From positions 496,001 through 560,000 of the forward strand of contig JAKMXF010000221.1 of NCBI GenBank assembly GCA_024704765.1: a DNA stretch of 64,000 nt. Direction: 5' to 3'. Below the pieces are notes generated by a model. That model was given only the letters and a program-made list of their open reading frames with translations. It was not told where the DNA came from and did no database searches. Below, in pieces: positions 1 to 11,914 of this stretch. Position numbers and translations under genes: made by a program. Position 1 is the first letter of the stretch. Every line of letters starts with the position of its first letter. This stretch comes from Oopsacas minuta. Its lineage: Eukaryota; Animalia; Porifera.

Positions 1-1
1 A

Positions 2-700
2 CTCCATTGAATTAGCTATTTTATTCTGTGCACATAGTATGGTATAGTACCATTCTATGGTCAGTAGATTATTGTCAGAATACGCGTAGTAGTTACGAGA
101 GCTTGAGGATTCTTGGAAGTATGTTATTGCCATTGCAAACATATTCAAGTTTATTTCTTCTAGGTTAATACCGATGTCTTTTATAGGAACCTGCACTTTG
201 GGGTTCGTATCATCTATTTTTATGAAATATTCAAGATTTGAATTTTTTACAACGAAAAACCGGGGTTTCCAGGCCTCTTTGCTTTTCCCTTTCTTATGGA
301 GGAATCCGCTTTTCTCTCCAGTCCCTATCGAACTCTGTTTCAGTTTATTATCGTCCTCGAATAGTTTCCCATCATATTTACAGATTATGAAACTTTCCTT
401 GAGGGCAGTTTGTGAGGACGGAATTGGTTTTGAGTAGTACATAGGGAGGAATTTCTCTAATTGCTCGTTCAATCTATTCCCGATCGCTAGATCGACTTCA
501 TCTGCTGTCCAGCTGTCGAGCTTCAGAGATTTAACCCGGTTAGTAGCCAGACCTCTGTGTATTCCCGCACAGGTCTTACAAATCAAAACTCCAACGCGAA
601 TATTACACCAGTCTGGATCTACGAAACCGCAGTCAGCGCAGTACTTGTTCTCTTCTCTCTCCATTATTTCTTCTAGGTCTTTCTTCAAGTTGGCTGCCAT
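2..700 (-). CDS. ADAP1: ArfGAP with PH domain (ADAP/centaurin-alpha-like), 3' end runs off the window
   Basis: Not in the ORF track (no stop inside the window). Manual translation from ATG at 700: MAANLKKDLEEIMEREENKYCADCGFVDPDWCNIRVGVLICKTCAGIHRGL = CX2CX16CX2C ArfGAP zinc finger plus Arg finger, then PH-like KSGFLHKKGKSKEAWKPRFFVVKNSNLEYF. No intron in the visible 233 codons. Confidence 0.85.
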   Translation of the reverse strand, partial: MAANLKKDLEEIMEREENKYCADCGFVDPDWCNIRVGVLICKTCAGIHRGLATNRVKSLKLDSWTADEVDLAIGNRLNEQLEKFLPMYYSKPIPSSQTALKESFIICKYDGKLFEDDNKLKQSSIGTGEKSGFLHKKGKSKEAWKPRFFVVKNSNLEYFIKIDDTNPKVQVPIKDIGINLEEINLNMFAMAITYFQESSSSRNYYAYSDNNLLTIEWYYTILCAQNKIANSME

Positions 701-1491
701 ATTGTTAATAATATTTAACTGAGTAAGATTCTTGAAATGAGCTTATATCCAGATTTATATATCTCTAATTACACCTAGAGTTGTATATTTGCTAGCATGA
801 TCTCGGATTACATTCGTAATTCGTAATCAGTAGCTACAAATATTGCCATATTATTGCTAACACTATTTGAATTTATTGGAAATTCTATTTTGATACATAA
901 GCTGATCTGTAGAAACTAAGTTACTACTGTTGTATTCAGTGAGAACGATTCGAAATTTACCCTCAGCGCTGTGTCAGGCCTCTATGCTAGAATTCCCCAA
1001 GCGTGTAACTTACGTTAGAGCAAGCATTAAATGAATATTACTGATTAATCAAAATGTTAATATTAACATCCATACAGGTTAATAATACGCGTATTTGTAT
1101 ATTATATTCTCTCTGGTTTATGTTGGTGTGTTTATACGTAGTATTACTTGTTATAACGTTAATGTCAGTTTACCTACACTCCCATCATCCTTACACAATT
1201 ATATTACTAAGAGAGTAAGGTTGTATTTATGTGTTAGCAGTTCTGTAACAAACAATAGTCACAGTAGAGAACTCGAAAACAGGGCTTAGAATTATTTATA
1301 GAAAATATTGACACCTCTCTTGATTAATAGTGAAATGTCCTAACCCAATCAGATTTGAGGGTTTACCAATATAGACAGGTTTGTATTTGCCAATTTCCGC
1401 CAATTAATATTAATTTTCTCCCAAATTCCATCTACATAGCAACGGGCTTAACTCAATTACAATCCCATTTAATCTCATTTTTGTTGTGTAG

Positions 1492-4400
1492 ATCTCAATA
1501 TTCGTTTCTGTTTCAGAATCAATCACCTATCGCATTAGAGTTGATTTCTTCAAGAGTCTACTAAGACAAGACATAGCCTGGTTTGATCATCATATTCCTG
1601 GGAAGTTAACTACTCGTCTCACTGAGGATCTTGACAAAATTAAGGAAGGCATAGGAGAGAAGTTCGTTTCAGTATTCAGAAGCTTTGCTGGAGTTATTGT
1701 AGCACTACTTCTATCATTTTTCAAGTGCTGGGCTCTGGTGTTGATCGTGATATTGTCAGCAGCTGTCGTAATGGTACCATTTGTATTCTTAGGTTAGCAA
1801 TAATTACTGTCAAATTTATTTGTACAAATTATATATTTTATTCTTTAGGTAAGGCTGACGCTCTCTTCTCTTCCAAAGAGCGTTCCGCCTACGCAGCTGC
1901 TGGTGGGATAGCAGAAGAAGTGTTAGGTGGCCTCAGAACCGTGGTAGCATTCGGGGGACAAAATCACGAAGTGCAGCGATACAGTGATAAACTGGATAAA
2001 GCAAAAAAGTACGGTCTCTATCGAGGTATGGCTATCGGGGCAGCTTTGTTCTTTCTATTCACAATTATCTACTCAGTGGAAGCCGTGGCATTTGGAATAG
2101 CTAAAGTATTTTCTACCTCTTGCCTCTGTGATTTCGGAGATTCACTGACTGTTATTTTCCTTGTTGTTATATCAGTGTTTGTATTTGGACAAGGAGCTAA
2201 CAACCTAGCTGTCATCCAGGTATGTGGAATTATGACATATTTACTTATGTATTTCTCACTCAAATCAGTCAACAGGGGCTGTCCCAGGATCTGGCAGACC
2301 GGGGTCAGGATATTCAATTTTCCGGTGCAGCCAATAATTAAATGCCCGAATCGGATAATTCAGTGAGAATTACAGCTGTTAAAATTTATTTTCTAGGGAG
2401 CTTTTGGTGCCGCTGGGTTCACATTTCACGTTATAGAGAGGGTCCCAGAAATAGATTCTGAGCAGCAGGGGGGTGCGATACCAGATGACTTCGTTGCAGA
2501 CATAGAGTTCAAAGGTGTTAAATTCAACTATCCTACCCGCCCAACCGTCCCCGTCTTGAGGGGTATTGATCTAGAGATGAATCCTGGACAAACCTTTGCT
2601 CTGGTGGGACCGAGTGGATGCGGGAAGAGTACAATCCTCTCTCTCATCCAGAGGTTTTACACCCATGAAGAGGGGGAGATATTGATAGGAGGACGACCTA
2701 TACAGGAGTACAATTTGAAATGGCTGAGACAGAAGATTGCTATAGTCAGTCAGGAGCCTATCTTATTCGGGATATCTATTGCAGAAAATATCAGGATAGC
2801 TAAACCGGTTAGTTTTGTCTGTTCTATGTTTGCTGACAACGATCGATTCCGACAAGAGTATTATCGGTCTATTTATACCAGTGGTTCCTACCTGGTGTCC
2901 GTGACCCCAGGTTGGAGGACCACGGATGACAGTAAGGTGTCCACAGGATCTCAAAATTTGTATTGCAATCTATGGGAGGGGTCCACATAATGTGTAGAAT
3001 TTTTGTAGTGTGCTTACGGGTAAAAAAGGTTTTGAAACACTGATTTATATACGATTGAGTATTGTAGGATGCAACAATGGCAGAAATAGAGAACTCTGTT
3101 AAAACTGCTAATGCTCACGAGTTTGTATCGAACCTCCCTGAGGGGTACAACACATTAGTTGGGGACAGGGGAGCTCAGCTAAGCGGCGGACAGAAACAGA
3201 GAATCGCGATCGCTCGAGCTATGATTTCAGATCCTAAAATACTCCTCCTAGACGAAGCTACCTCTGCCCTGGACAACCAGAGTGAAGCTCAGGTGCAGGC
3301 TGCTATTGACAATATAGCACGTGGCAGAACCATAATAATCGTAGCTCACAGACTCAGTACTATTAAGAATGCAGATAAGATATTAGCATTTGATCAGGGA
3401 ACTATTGGAGAACAGGGTACTCATCAAGAACTCATGGCAAAACAGGGCATTTACTATCAACTAGTTGTAAGCCAAACTTATGGATTCACCCAAGACAATG
3501 AAGTGGTAAGTACAGTCAACTCCTGTTATATCGCAGCTCAAGGGACCGTGATAACTAATGCGATATAACCGATAAGATATATGTCAATTTGACGGTTTGG
3601 GACCGTATTTGTACAATTTTAAGACTTCAATATAAGCGGGAATTTACTGTGCATTTATACTATAGGGAGATCCTCTCGAGGACAAGAAGCCAGCCATGGA
3701 TGCATACGCCCGAACAATCTCTACAATTTCTAACAAACCGGCTGATACTCCAGCTAAGCCTAATATACTAATTGAACCATCGAAAGATGACGACGAGTTA
3801 GACGATGGAGGTTTTGATCCAAAGGTATCCGGAAGTGATTGGAAGCTTCTCTACCGAGCTATGAAACTTAACCTCCCAGAATGGTGGTTAATACTTGCGG
3901 GAGTTACATGTGCTGCAGTATCTGGGCTTGTGTTTCCTGCATTTGCTGTAATCTTCATACTTCTGGTTAACGAATTCTCTGCCCTGTATGTTGAAGGCAT
4001 TAAGAATAACTGTACTTATCCGTATAGTGTTTTCTCCTTATGTCAATCCCCCTTCATCTTAACCATTCCAGCTGATTGCCTCCCAGAAAGTGGGAATGAT
4101 GCTTTATTTATTGGAGTTATTGTTATGTTCTCTGGTCTTGGAATTGTTAGTGGTTCTCTTGTATTCATTCGTAGTGTCGTGTTTAATGTGTCAGCTGAGA
4201 GATTGACTAAAAGAGTTAGGGAATTAGCATTTAAATCTATTGTTAAACAAGATATTAAATTCTTTGACGATCCGAAAAAGAGTGTTGGGAGACTTCTGAC
4301 CAGACTATCTACTGATAGTGGACAAGTTAGTTGAATTTAAATATACACAAACAAACAAACAAAAATACTATTTCCTCTCTCCTATAGGTTAGCGGTATTA

Positions 4401-5179
4401 CAGGCATCAGGATCGGTGTGTATGTAGAGATGCTAGTATCACTGATAGGAGGGACTGTTATATCATTTGTCTACGGATGGCCTGTAGCATGTCTTATTAT
4501 ACTATTTATTCCATTAATAGTAGGTGTGTTTATCATACGGAATAAAATAGCTACTGGCAAAGGTGGTGTACAGATAGAAGCTTATGAAAGAGCTACCAAG
4601 ATAGCTGTGGAGTCTTTGGAGAATATACGAACTGTACAAGTAAGTTAATAATTGGAAGATGTGGCCTCATAGAACAAGGAGGGACATGTTCCCCAACGAA
4701 ATGTGTTAAAATGGTATAAGGAAGTACATGGGTGAAATTAGTTTGGAATATGTTCTTTCTTTGAAGTGCTATTATTCTCTTTTATTATTTATTAGATATT
4801 CACGGCTGAGAGGAATTTCACAACTCAATATTCTACTGTACTCAGACGTCCTCTAGCTAGAGCTTACATAGGAGCACAGTTCTTCGGTATAGGTAGTAGC
4901 ATAGCTGATGGACTACAGTACTGGGCTTATGCAATAGTATTTGCGTTCGGGACATTTCTTGTTACCTTGTGTCCGTGTAACCCTGCTTCCCTGGGGATCA
5001 GTAACCTCCTCGGCTCGTTCTTTGGAATATTCCTAGGTGCTGCTGGAGCTGCGAATGCTAACGGATTTGCTCCAGATATAGATAAAGCTAAACGGTCTGC
5101 TAGAAGGATATTCGCACTTGTAGACTCTCATCCAATAATAGAGCCAGATTCTACCAAACCAGGAGTATGTTACTGTTAC

Positions 5180-5225
<46 letters not shown>

Positions 5226-6090
5226 TGTTTGCTTGTTTGTACAGTAAAATATCCACAAATGGGGAACTTCTGGAAATGAGTGAAAAATAAATATACACTG
5301 TTTGTTTATTTGTGTATTTCTCTCCTTATAGATTGATGATCCTAAAGGTGCCATTAAGTTTGACTGTGTGAAGTATCGCTATGCTAGTCGTCCTAAAGTA
5401 GAAGTATTGGAAGGAATTAATCTAGAATTAGAACCCGGACAGAGCTTAGCACTCGTGGGTCCTAGCGGATGTGGTAAGAGTACAATCGTATCTCTGATAC
5501 TCCGATTCTATGACCCCGACGAAGGACAGGTCGATATAGACGGTACTAACATAAGAGGTTTGGACTCAGCGGCTCTTAGGAGGGACATTGGTATCGTGTT
5601 CCAAGAACCGATCCTATTTGACACTTCAGTAGCTGATAATATCAGATACGGAGCCCTGCATAGAGAGGTTACCCAAGAGGAAGTAGAAGAAGCTGCTAAG
5701 AAAGCTAATATTCACGATTTCATTTCCTCTCTCCCAGAAGGGTACGGGACTAGAGTAGGAGAGAAAGGTGCCCAGATGTCCGGGGGAGAAAAACAGCGTA
5801 TAGCTATCGCCAGAGCCCTGCTAAGAGACCCTAAGATCCTCCTCCTAGATGAAGCTACCTCCGCCCTGGACGCGGAATCCGAGGGAGTAGTTCAAGCAGC
5901 TTTAGACAAGGCAAAACAAGGTCGTAGCACTGTGATGATAGCTCACAGACTGTCTACTATAGTAGACTCTGATAAAATAGCTGTAATTAACAACGGACAA
6001 GTTGTAGAGATTGGGTCTCATGACTGGCTGATTGGTATGAAAGGTGTCTACTACAAACTGTGGATGGCGACCCAGGGGATCGAGTGTTAA
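1492..6090 (+). CDS. ABCB1: ABC transporter subfamily B, P-glycoprotein/MDR1-like; 5' exons not found in the window
   Basis: Exons 1492-1792, 1849-2219, 2397-2807, 3068-3505, 3666-4325, 4388-4639, 4796-5164, 5332-6090 join in phase (1186 aa). Two NBDs: GPSGCGKS twice, [14 protein letters not shown] / [26 protein letters not shown] twice. First visible exon starts after an in-frame TAG acceptor and matches the region after TM2 ([22 protein letters not shown]). Exact B-subfamily paralog is not resolvable. Confidence 0.9.
2879..3042. mobile_element. hAT-type MITE in ABCB1 intron
   Basis: Ends CAGTGGTTCCTACC ... GGTTTTGAAACACTG; flanked by near-identical 8-mers ATTTATAC (2871-2878) and ATTTATAT (3043-3050), the TSD length typical of hAT elements. 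Confidence 0.7.
3511..3650. mobile_element. Tc1/mariner(pogo)-like MITE, family A, filling most of an ABCB1 intron
   Basis: TACAGTCAACTCCTGTTATATCG left end, AATATAAGCGGGAATTTACTGT right end; internal GACGGTTTGGGACCGTATTTGTACAAT shared with other copies. Confidence 0.75.
5180..5224. repeat. (TAT)15 microsatellite in the last ABCB1 intron
   Basis: Direct reading; intron 5165-5331. Confidence 0.95.
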
Positions 6091-6293
6091 GACTGAACAG
6101 CTGTTTGACATAGTTATAATTAGATTAGTTTTGTTCTTATATTTGTATACACAAATATTTATATTCTAGTTTTGTTTGTAAGTCTTATAACTTGCAGTAT
6201 TAGTTGATTTAGTATTTACTGTTTGGGTGTTAAGATTTTTTGTGACCCATTGGACCATTTTGTCCCTATTCAAACTGCTATTTCTAAGTAGAA

Positions 6294-7340
6294 ATGGCAG
6301 AATCTAAATTAGTTGCACAATCTTCTAAGTTTGGGATCCTCCCCACGGGAGAACAGGTGCTAAAATACACACTAAGGAACTCAAACGGTCTTGAGATCGA
6401 TCTCCTCGAGTACGGTGCATATCTGAGTGCTATCAGAGTGCCAGTGAAGAAGGGAGGGGTCATTGACGTGTTACTGGGCTACGATGACCTCCAGGGGTAT
6501 CTAGATGACAAGATCTACTGCGGGTGTGTCGTGGGACGAGTCGCTAATCGTATCGGAGGAGCAAAATTCACGCTAGATGGACACACGTATAATCTGGATA
6601 AGAACAGAGGTGAAGTGCATCTGCATGCTGGATATTCTGGTATGAATACATTGCTATGGAGCAGTAAAGTTAACGGAAACTCTGTCCAGTTTTCCTGTGT
6701 ATCTCCAGACGGTGCTTCTGGATACCCGGGGGAAGTAAGAGCAGACTTGAGTTATACTCTAACGAATGATAACGAAATAGTACTGGACTATTCTGCAAAT
6801 ACAAGCAAGAAATGTCCGCTGAATATGACTAATCATGCGTATTTCAATCTACAAGGTGGAACTGAAACTATATATACACATAAACTGACACTTAATAGTT
6901 CCAAATACACCGCTTTGGACAATAATCTTGTCCCTAATGGGGAGTTTATCGAGGTGTCAGGTACACCATATGATTTTACAGCTGGGAAACTGATTGGTCA
7001 AGATATAGCATCATCTAATGGAGGTTATGACGTCAATTATTGTATTAACGATAAAGTTAAGCACAGTAAGTGTGATCAACTGAAACTATGTGCTGAAGTA
7101 GAGACCTCTGAAATATCAATGTCTATATTCACTGATCAAGTAGGGGTCCAGTTCTACTCTGGGAACTTTCTAGACCCCTCTAAGCTCGGGAAGAAAGGAG
7201 TCCCCTTCTTCAAACACCAGGCCTTCTGTCTGGAGACACAAGGTTACCCAAATTCTGTTAATCAACCTGCTTTCCCTGACACTATTGTATCACCGGGACA
7301 GACCTACACACACGCTACTCTTATACAATTCAAGTTCTAA
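6294..7340 (+). CDS. GALM: Aldose 1-epimerase (galactose mutarotase), intronless
   Basis: 348-aa ORF with GRVANRI, HLHAG, NMTNHAYFNL, GYDVNY, VQFYSGNFL, FCLETQGYPNSVNQPAFP motifs. Confidence 0.93.
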   Translation: MAESKLVAQSSKFGILPTGEQVLKYTLRNSNGLEIDLLEYGAYLSAIRVPVKKGGVIDVLLGYDDLQGYLDDKIYCGCVVGRVANRIGGAKFTLDGHTYNLDKNRGEVHLHAGYSGMNTLLWSSKVNGNSVQFSCVSPDGASGYPGEVRADLSYTLTNDNEIVLDYSANTSKKCPLNMTNHAYFNLQGGTETIYTHKLTLNSSKYTALDNNLVPNGEFIEVSGTPYDFTAGKLIGQDIASSNGGYDVNYCINDKVKHSKCDQLKLCAEVETSEISMSIFTDQVGVQFYSGNFLDPSKLGKKGVPFFKHQAFCLETQGYPNSVNQPAFPDTIVSPGQTYTHATLIQFKF

Positions 7341-7484
7341 CTTAATTATATTTGACTTCTATAACACTTATTATTATTTTGTAGTTATATTAGAGTCGAT
7401 TTCCCTCTGATTTGCTGATTCAGTAGTCCCAAACACAGACGATAGCATGGAGTCCACCGAATGTGCTCAAATTGGTATAGAGGG

Positions 7485-7597
7485 TACACGGGGTGAATAA
7501 AGTAGGTACCACTGTGCTAATAGGATAAGTTAACAAGCTAGAAATCTCGTTATGTACTAAGATACTCCGTTGAGGCGTAATCGTTATTCACCGCGTA
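7485..7597. mobile_element. Small element with terminal inverted repeats (possible MITE)
   Basis: TACACGGGGTGAATAA ... TTATTCACCGCGTA inverted pair between convergent GALM and MFS genes; single copy seen. Confidence 0.35.
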
Positions 7598-7663
7598 TTA
7601 AAGAGTTAAAATTCTACTAAATTCTCATAAAAAGAGGCTAATAAAGTGATAAAGTTGTTACTG

Positions 7664-9169
7664 TTAGTCCTCTGGTTGCTCGATCTTAGAGGGATAGAGT
7701 AGAGAAGTGAATATTAACAGAATTATATTGATGCTGGCGATTGTCCAAATAAAACTCGCATCCATCGGCCATTTAAATCCAGATGAAATGCTCCAAGCGT
7801 ATACATTAGCTCCGAATATAGGCCCGAAGAACCTGACTAGCGAGGCGCCCGACTGAGCAATCCCATTCACTGTGGCCCTCTGTTTGCGTTTCGATGAGTT
7901 CGCTACTCCCATTGCATAACAAGCGAATAGTAAGACCCGGAGAATAGAAATAGGCAATTGTAGTGAGAAGAATATTACCCATATTCTCAATGGAATATCA
8001 GCAATATCTAAACTAACTCCATGACAACTCATTTGGCTATTGGTATGCATACTTCCATTCACTGCAGTAGAGACAGGAACATACGTAGAGAATGCTTGTT
8101 TCACTAAACTAACTCTAGACCATAGAGGCAATAAGAAAATAAGTATCGCTGTTGGAATGAGGAATATTCTAAGACATTTCCTTATGCCAAGATAACCGAT
8201 TATGAGCGGACCGATCAGTAGGGCAAATGGAATTTGTATTAGAGAAGTACAGAAGGTGATAAAACCCAGTGAATCCTCGTTCATACAAAATCCTCCGTTC
8301 CTTGGGGGTGTGACAAGCATGAGAGGGATCAGTTCATCGAATTGGATCATTACAAAAGCATAGTAATTGTAGTTGAATATAGCGGATAAGATTACTCTAT
8401 GTGAAAATAGTTTGAGTGTATTCTTGAGGTATTTATGTGAGTTATTGTTTGACGTTTTGAAATCTTTCCGGGTTAGAAATTCGTCCGTCTCATCGCTCCC
8501 CTCTTCTCTCATTTCCAGGGGGGAGTATTTTGTGTCTCTGTCTCCTTTCTTGATAGATTCTTTCAGAAATACCGAGCTAATAATAATAGCTACTACTCCT
8601 AAACACACACAGACAGCGCTAGGTAGGAAGTAAGGGAAGCGACGGAGAAATGATCGATCTAAGAATTTGAATTTAGTAGCTGGTCGGCTAAGCCATGCGC
8701 TCAGAGTAGGGCCTATCATCCTGCCCAATCCGTCAGAGAGTCCGAGAAGAGACATCCCCCTCGCTAAATCCTGTCTATTTTCACAGACTTCTGCGATAAA
8801 AGTCTTCACAATTGCGTCTGTACCATTAAACAACCCCCAAAGGAATCTCAAAATTAGCGCCATCGTATACGAAGTACTCAAACCAAATAGCCCGATAGTT
8901 ATGCTGTACATAAATGTGGTTAGCATAACAGCTCGCTTCCTTCCTATCCAGTCCGATAATCGCCCCCAGATCCAAGAGCCACTAAATGTCCCCAGGAAAT
9001 AGATCCCTGCTAGATAACCTTGTCTATATCCCAACTCTGATTCTGAGAGTTCTGGGAAGAAATCGTGAGTGATGTCCGGTAGGATCGGGAAAATGTAGAG
9101 CATGCCGAATTGACTTACAATGAATATTGAAGTAATAACTATAAGCTGTATGGCAGTTTTAGCTAGCAT
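7664..9169 (-). CDS. Major facilitator superfamily transporter (ZIFL/MFSD-like), single coding exon
   Basis: 501-aa ORF, about 12 hydrophobic segments, MFS motif A (WGRLSDWIGRKR). A probable 5'-UTR intron (donor GTGAGT near 9287, acceptor near 9196) lies upstream. Confidence 0.88.
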   Translation of the reverse strand: MLAKTAIQLIVITSIFIVSQFGMLYIFPILPDITHDFFPELSESELGYRQGYLAGIYFLGTFSGSWIWGRLSDWIGRKRAVMLTTFMYSITIGLFGLSTSYTMALILRFLWGLFNGTDAIVKTFIAEVCENRQDLARGMSLLGLSDGLGRMIGPTLSAWLSRPATKFKFLDRSFLRRFPYFLPSAVCVCLGVVAIIISSVFLKESIKKGDRDTKYSPLEMREEGSDETDEFLTRKDFKTSNNNSHKYLKNTLKLFSHRVILSAIFNYNYYAFVMIQFDELIPLMLVTPPRNGGFCMNEDSLGFITFCTSLIQIPFALLIGPLIIGYLGIRKCLRIFLIPTAILIFLLPLWSRVSLVKQAFSTYVPVSTAVNGSMHTNSQMSCHGVSLDIADIPLRIWVIFFSLQLPISILRVLLFACYAMGVANSSKRKQRATVNGIAQSGASLVRFFGPIFGANVYAWSISSGFKWPMDASFIWTIASINIILLIFTSLLYPSKIEQPED

Positions 9170-9806
9170 TCTTGTTGCCTAGTGTTGTTGCCTAGGAGAG
9201 AAAGACAATAATAACTGAAGAAATTTGTCAAAACAAATAAATATAATGATTCATAGCTTTTATATTTGAGGTTACAACACTACTCACCCTTTAGTTCCAT
9301 ATTGCATGTGTGAGTCAATCCGTAAACGTAAATATAGTGAATCATCTTTCGGAATGAATGGAATGTTTGAATTGTGTAGCAGTATATAACAATCTTGTTG
9401 CTATACTTCTGGCTTCAGGACCATCCAGCTTTTGGACGTTTCGACAGGACAGTACGCTCAAGAAATATCCGAATAGCGGATCGTACCTCCCTCCAATACC
9501 ATAGATGCCAAACTAGTGCCTCGCCAAGCCGTGCGATTTCCTCTCAAAAGACGTGCGAGTTAGCATCTCTACAAAAACTTGAATTGACGAGCATTAATTT
9601 GCAAGATCTGTAACCCTGAGGGAATTTTAAAGGTCACCCTTGAAGTTCTCCAACACCTCAGAGATTATTAATCAAGTTCATACCTAATATGGTCAACGAA
9701 TAGGATTTGCGGTTTTCCTTATCGAATTAGTCACATCCAATTATTATTATTTATACTAACAAAACAGGAAAAATGCATTTTCACTTTTTCAATATTTAAC
9801 ATTCAA

Positions 9807-11454
9807 ATGCTTCGTATACGTATCTTCCTCGGTGGCTGTAGAGGACGAGAGATCTCTAAACTATGCGCGCTTGCAAGGGCCTGCTCCTCACCTAGACTAG
9901 TTTCTAATATTTCAAATACAAATGTAAATATCAAAGGTTCTGCAATCGAAACTGAGTATAAAATCGAGGAAGCAACTTTGGAGTGGTCCGCCCAAGCCCC
10001 TCCTTCCAAACCTAACCCCTTCCACCTGGACTTGTCTCCTAAAGACTGTCCCGTCTCCAGCTACAACGAGTGGGACCCGCTCAAGGAGGTTATCGTGGGA
10101 AGAGTAGAGGGCGCATGTGTTCCAGAATTTACTATCGAAGTGAAAGCTAACAGCTATGAGAAGAACTGGCCTTTCTTCAAGGAGTACGGGGGTAAGCCCT
10201 TCCCAAAGGAGTTTATGAAGAAAGGTAAAGAAGAGATCGAAGAGTTCTGCAGGGTGAGTTGATCTGTTCTTACAAACTGTTGTCACAAACAAATATAATT
10301 TGTGAAATGAATCGGTATTTAGGTACTGACAGCTGAGGGAGTTACTGTCAGACGCCCAGAGATTCTTGACTTTAGTGAAGTATACAAAACTCCTGACTTC
10401 TCTTCTCGTGGTCTCTACGCAGCAATGCCTAGAGACTACTTGCTGGTAGTAGGCAATCAGCTGATTGAAGCTCCTATGGCATGGAGGTCTAGATACATGG
10501 AGCACAGAGCTTACCGTCCTCTTATAAAGGAATATTTCCTCAAAGGTATAACTATCATTTCTCTTACAGGTGACATCCGATACCTCAGACATATTTGAGG
10601 GCTCAAGTTAGCAGATGTCAACCAGCATAGAGTATGGTGTAACCTCCACGAACCGGCGTCCCTTGGATCTCTTTCGTGTAGGTTACATTGTATTTATCTT
10701 AGAGATACATATGGTCTTTAGAAATTCTCTTATTTGTATTGTTCTAGGTGCTAAATGGTGTGCTGGACCTAAACCCCTGTTAAGCAATGAACTCTACGAC
10801 TATGACTATCCAATACAAAACGTAGCACAGAGACATGAGCTAGCATTCGAGGGGAAATTTGTGACGACAGAGTTCGAACCTACCTTTGACGCTGCAGACT
10901 TTATTCGCTGTGGGAGAGATATATTTGCCCAGAGAAGTCAGGTGACCAACTACTTCGGTATAGAATGGATGAGAAGACAACTAGGCAGTGATTATAATTT
11001 GCATATTCTCACTTTTAAAGACCCTAACCCAATGCATATCGACGCTACCTTCAATACGATAGCTCCAGGTATAATTTAATTATGTCAGGGTGTTAATATG
11101 TTAAAATTTATATTATTATATGTAGGAATAGTCCTGGCTAATCCTGACAGACCCTGTGGACAGATAGAGCTGTTTAAGAAGGCCGGATGGAAGGTAGTTC
11201 ATCCTCCTAAACCTGTTATATCAGATTCACATCCTCTATGGTTATCTTCTAAATGGTTGAGTATGAATGTACTGATGTTATCTCCTACACGTGTTGTAGT
11301 GGAAAAAGACGAGATTCCTATTCAAAAGATGTTTGAGAGCCTAGGCATTGAATGTATTAAAGTTAACATACGTCATGCGAACTCATTCGGAGGAGGATTC
11401 CATTGCTGGACTACTGATGTACGTAGAGAAGGGACTCTACAGTCTTATCTCTGA
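9807..11454 (+). CDS. GATM: Glycine amidinotransferase (creatine synthesis), mitochondrial precursor
   Basis: Exons 9807-10253, 10323-10545, 10748-11068, 11126-11454 in phase; [44 protein letters not shown] (catalytic Asp/His/Cys); Arg-rich N-terminal presequence. Confidence 0.93.
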
Positions 11455-11914
11455 TATGGACATACTATCTATTCGTTTATCTTATTCAGTCCAGTCCTTA
11501 CTTAGTTCACTCTTCGTCTCAGTCCTTACCACTTACATCACTCTTCCTAATACTCTCTTTATTCTATTATTTCTTTTACATTATCTCTATCTACCTTAGT
11601 TACCTCCTCGATTAAATCTCAGCTTCTCGATACTTTTGTAATTCAGTACAGTAGACTAGACCTCTCAAAACTGACAACAACCTCGAAGTGTCCGTTATTC
11701 GGAGGTTCCTCTCTAAATTGGTGGTTAGTAAGACTGCCTAGATCTCCGGCAGAGCACATCCAGCTCTGCTCTTCATGACAACCATTATGTCTCTTAGTTA
11801 TTCATAAGGGTAAACGTAATAGTGATTTGATAAAAATCGCGTATATTAACAATTACAAAACAGTTTAATACACAACTAAAATCACACACACTGAGCTTAT
11901 CTAGAGAAGTTCTA

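Noticed and set aside
4967-5290. Poly-Tyr and poly-Asn ORFs
   Set aside because: Read-through into an intronic (TAT)n microsatellite; the coding exon ends at 5164.
9395-9613. 72-aa ORF between MFS and GATM
   Set aside because: No recognisable motif, TTG start; the region is better explained as 5' UTR/divergent promoter.
1492-11454. ABCB1 + GALM + MFS + amidinotransferase as a guanidine-metabolite gene cluster or bacterial transfer
   Set aside because: GATM is intron-containing, animal-type and has a presequence; no tailoring enzymes; adjacency is expected at this gene density.
11455-11800. Purine-skewed minus-strand tract resembling decayed coding sequence
   Set aside because: Multiple stops and no identifiable family; cannot be distinguished from UTR low complexity.
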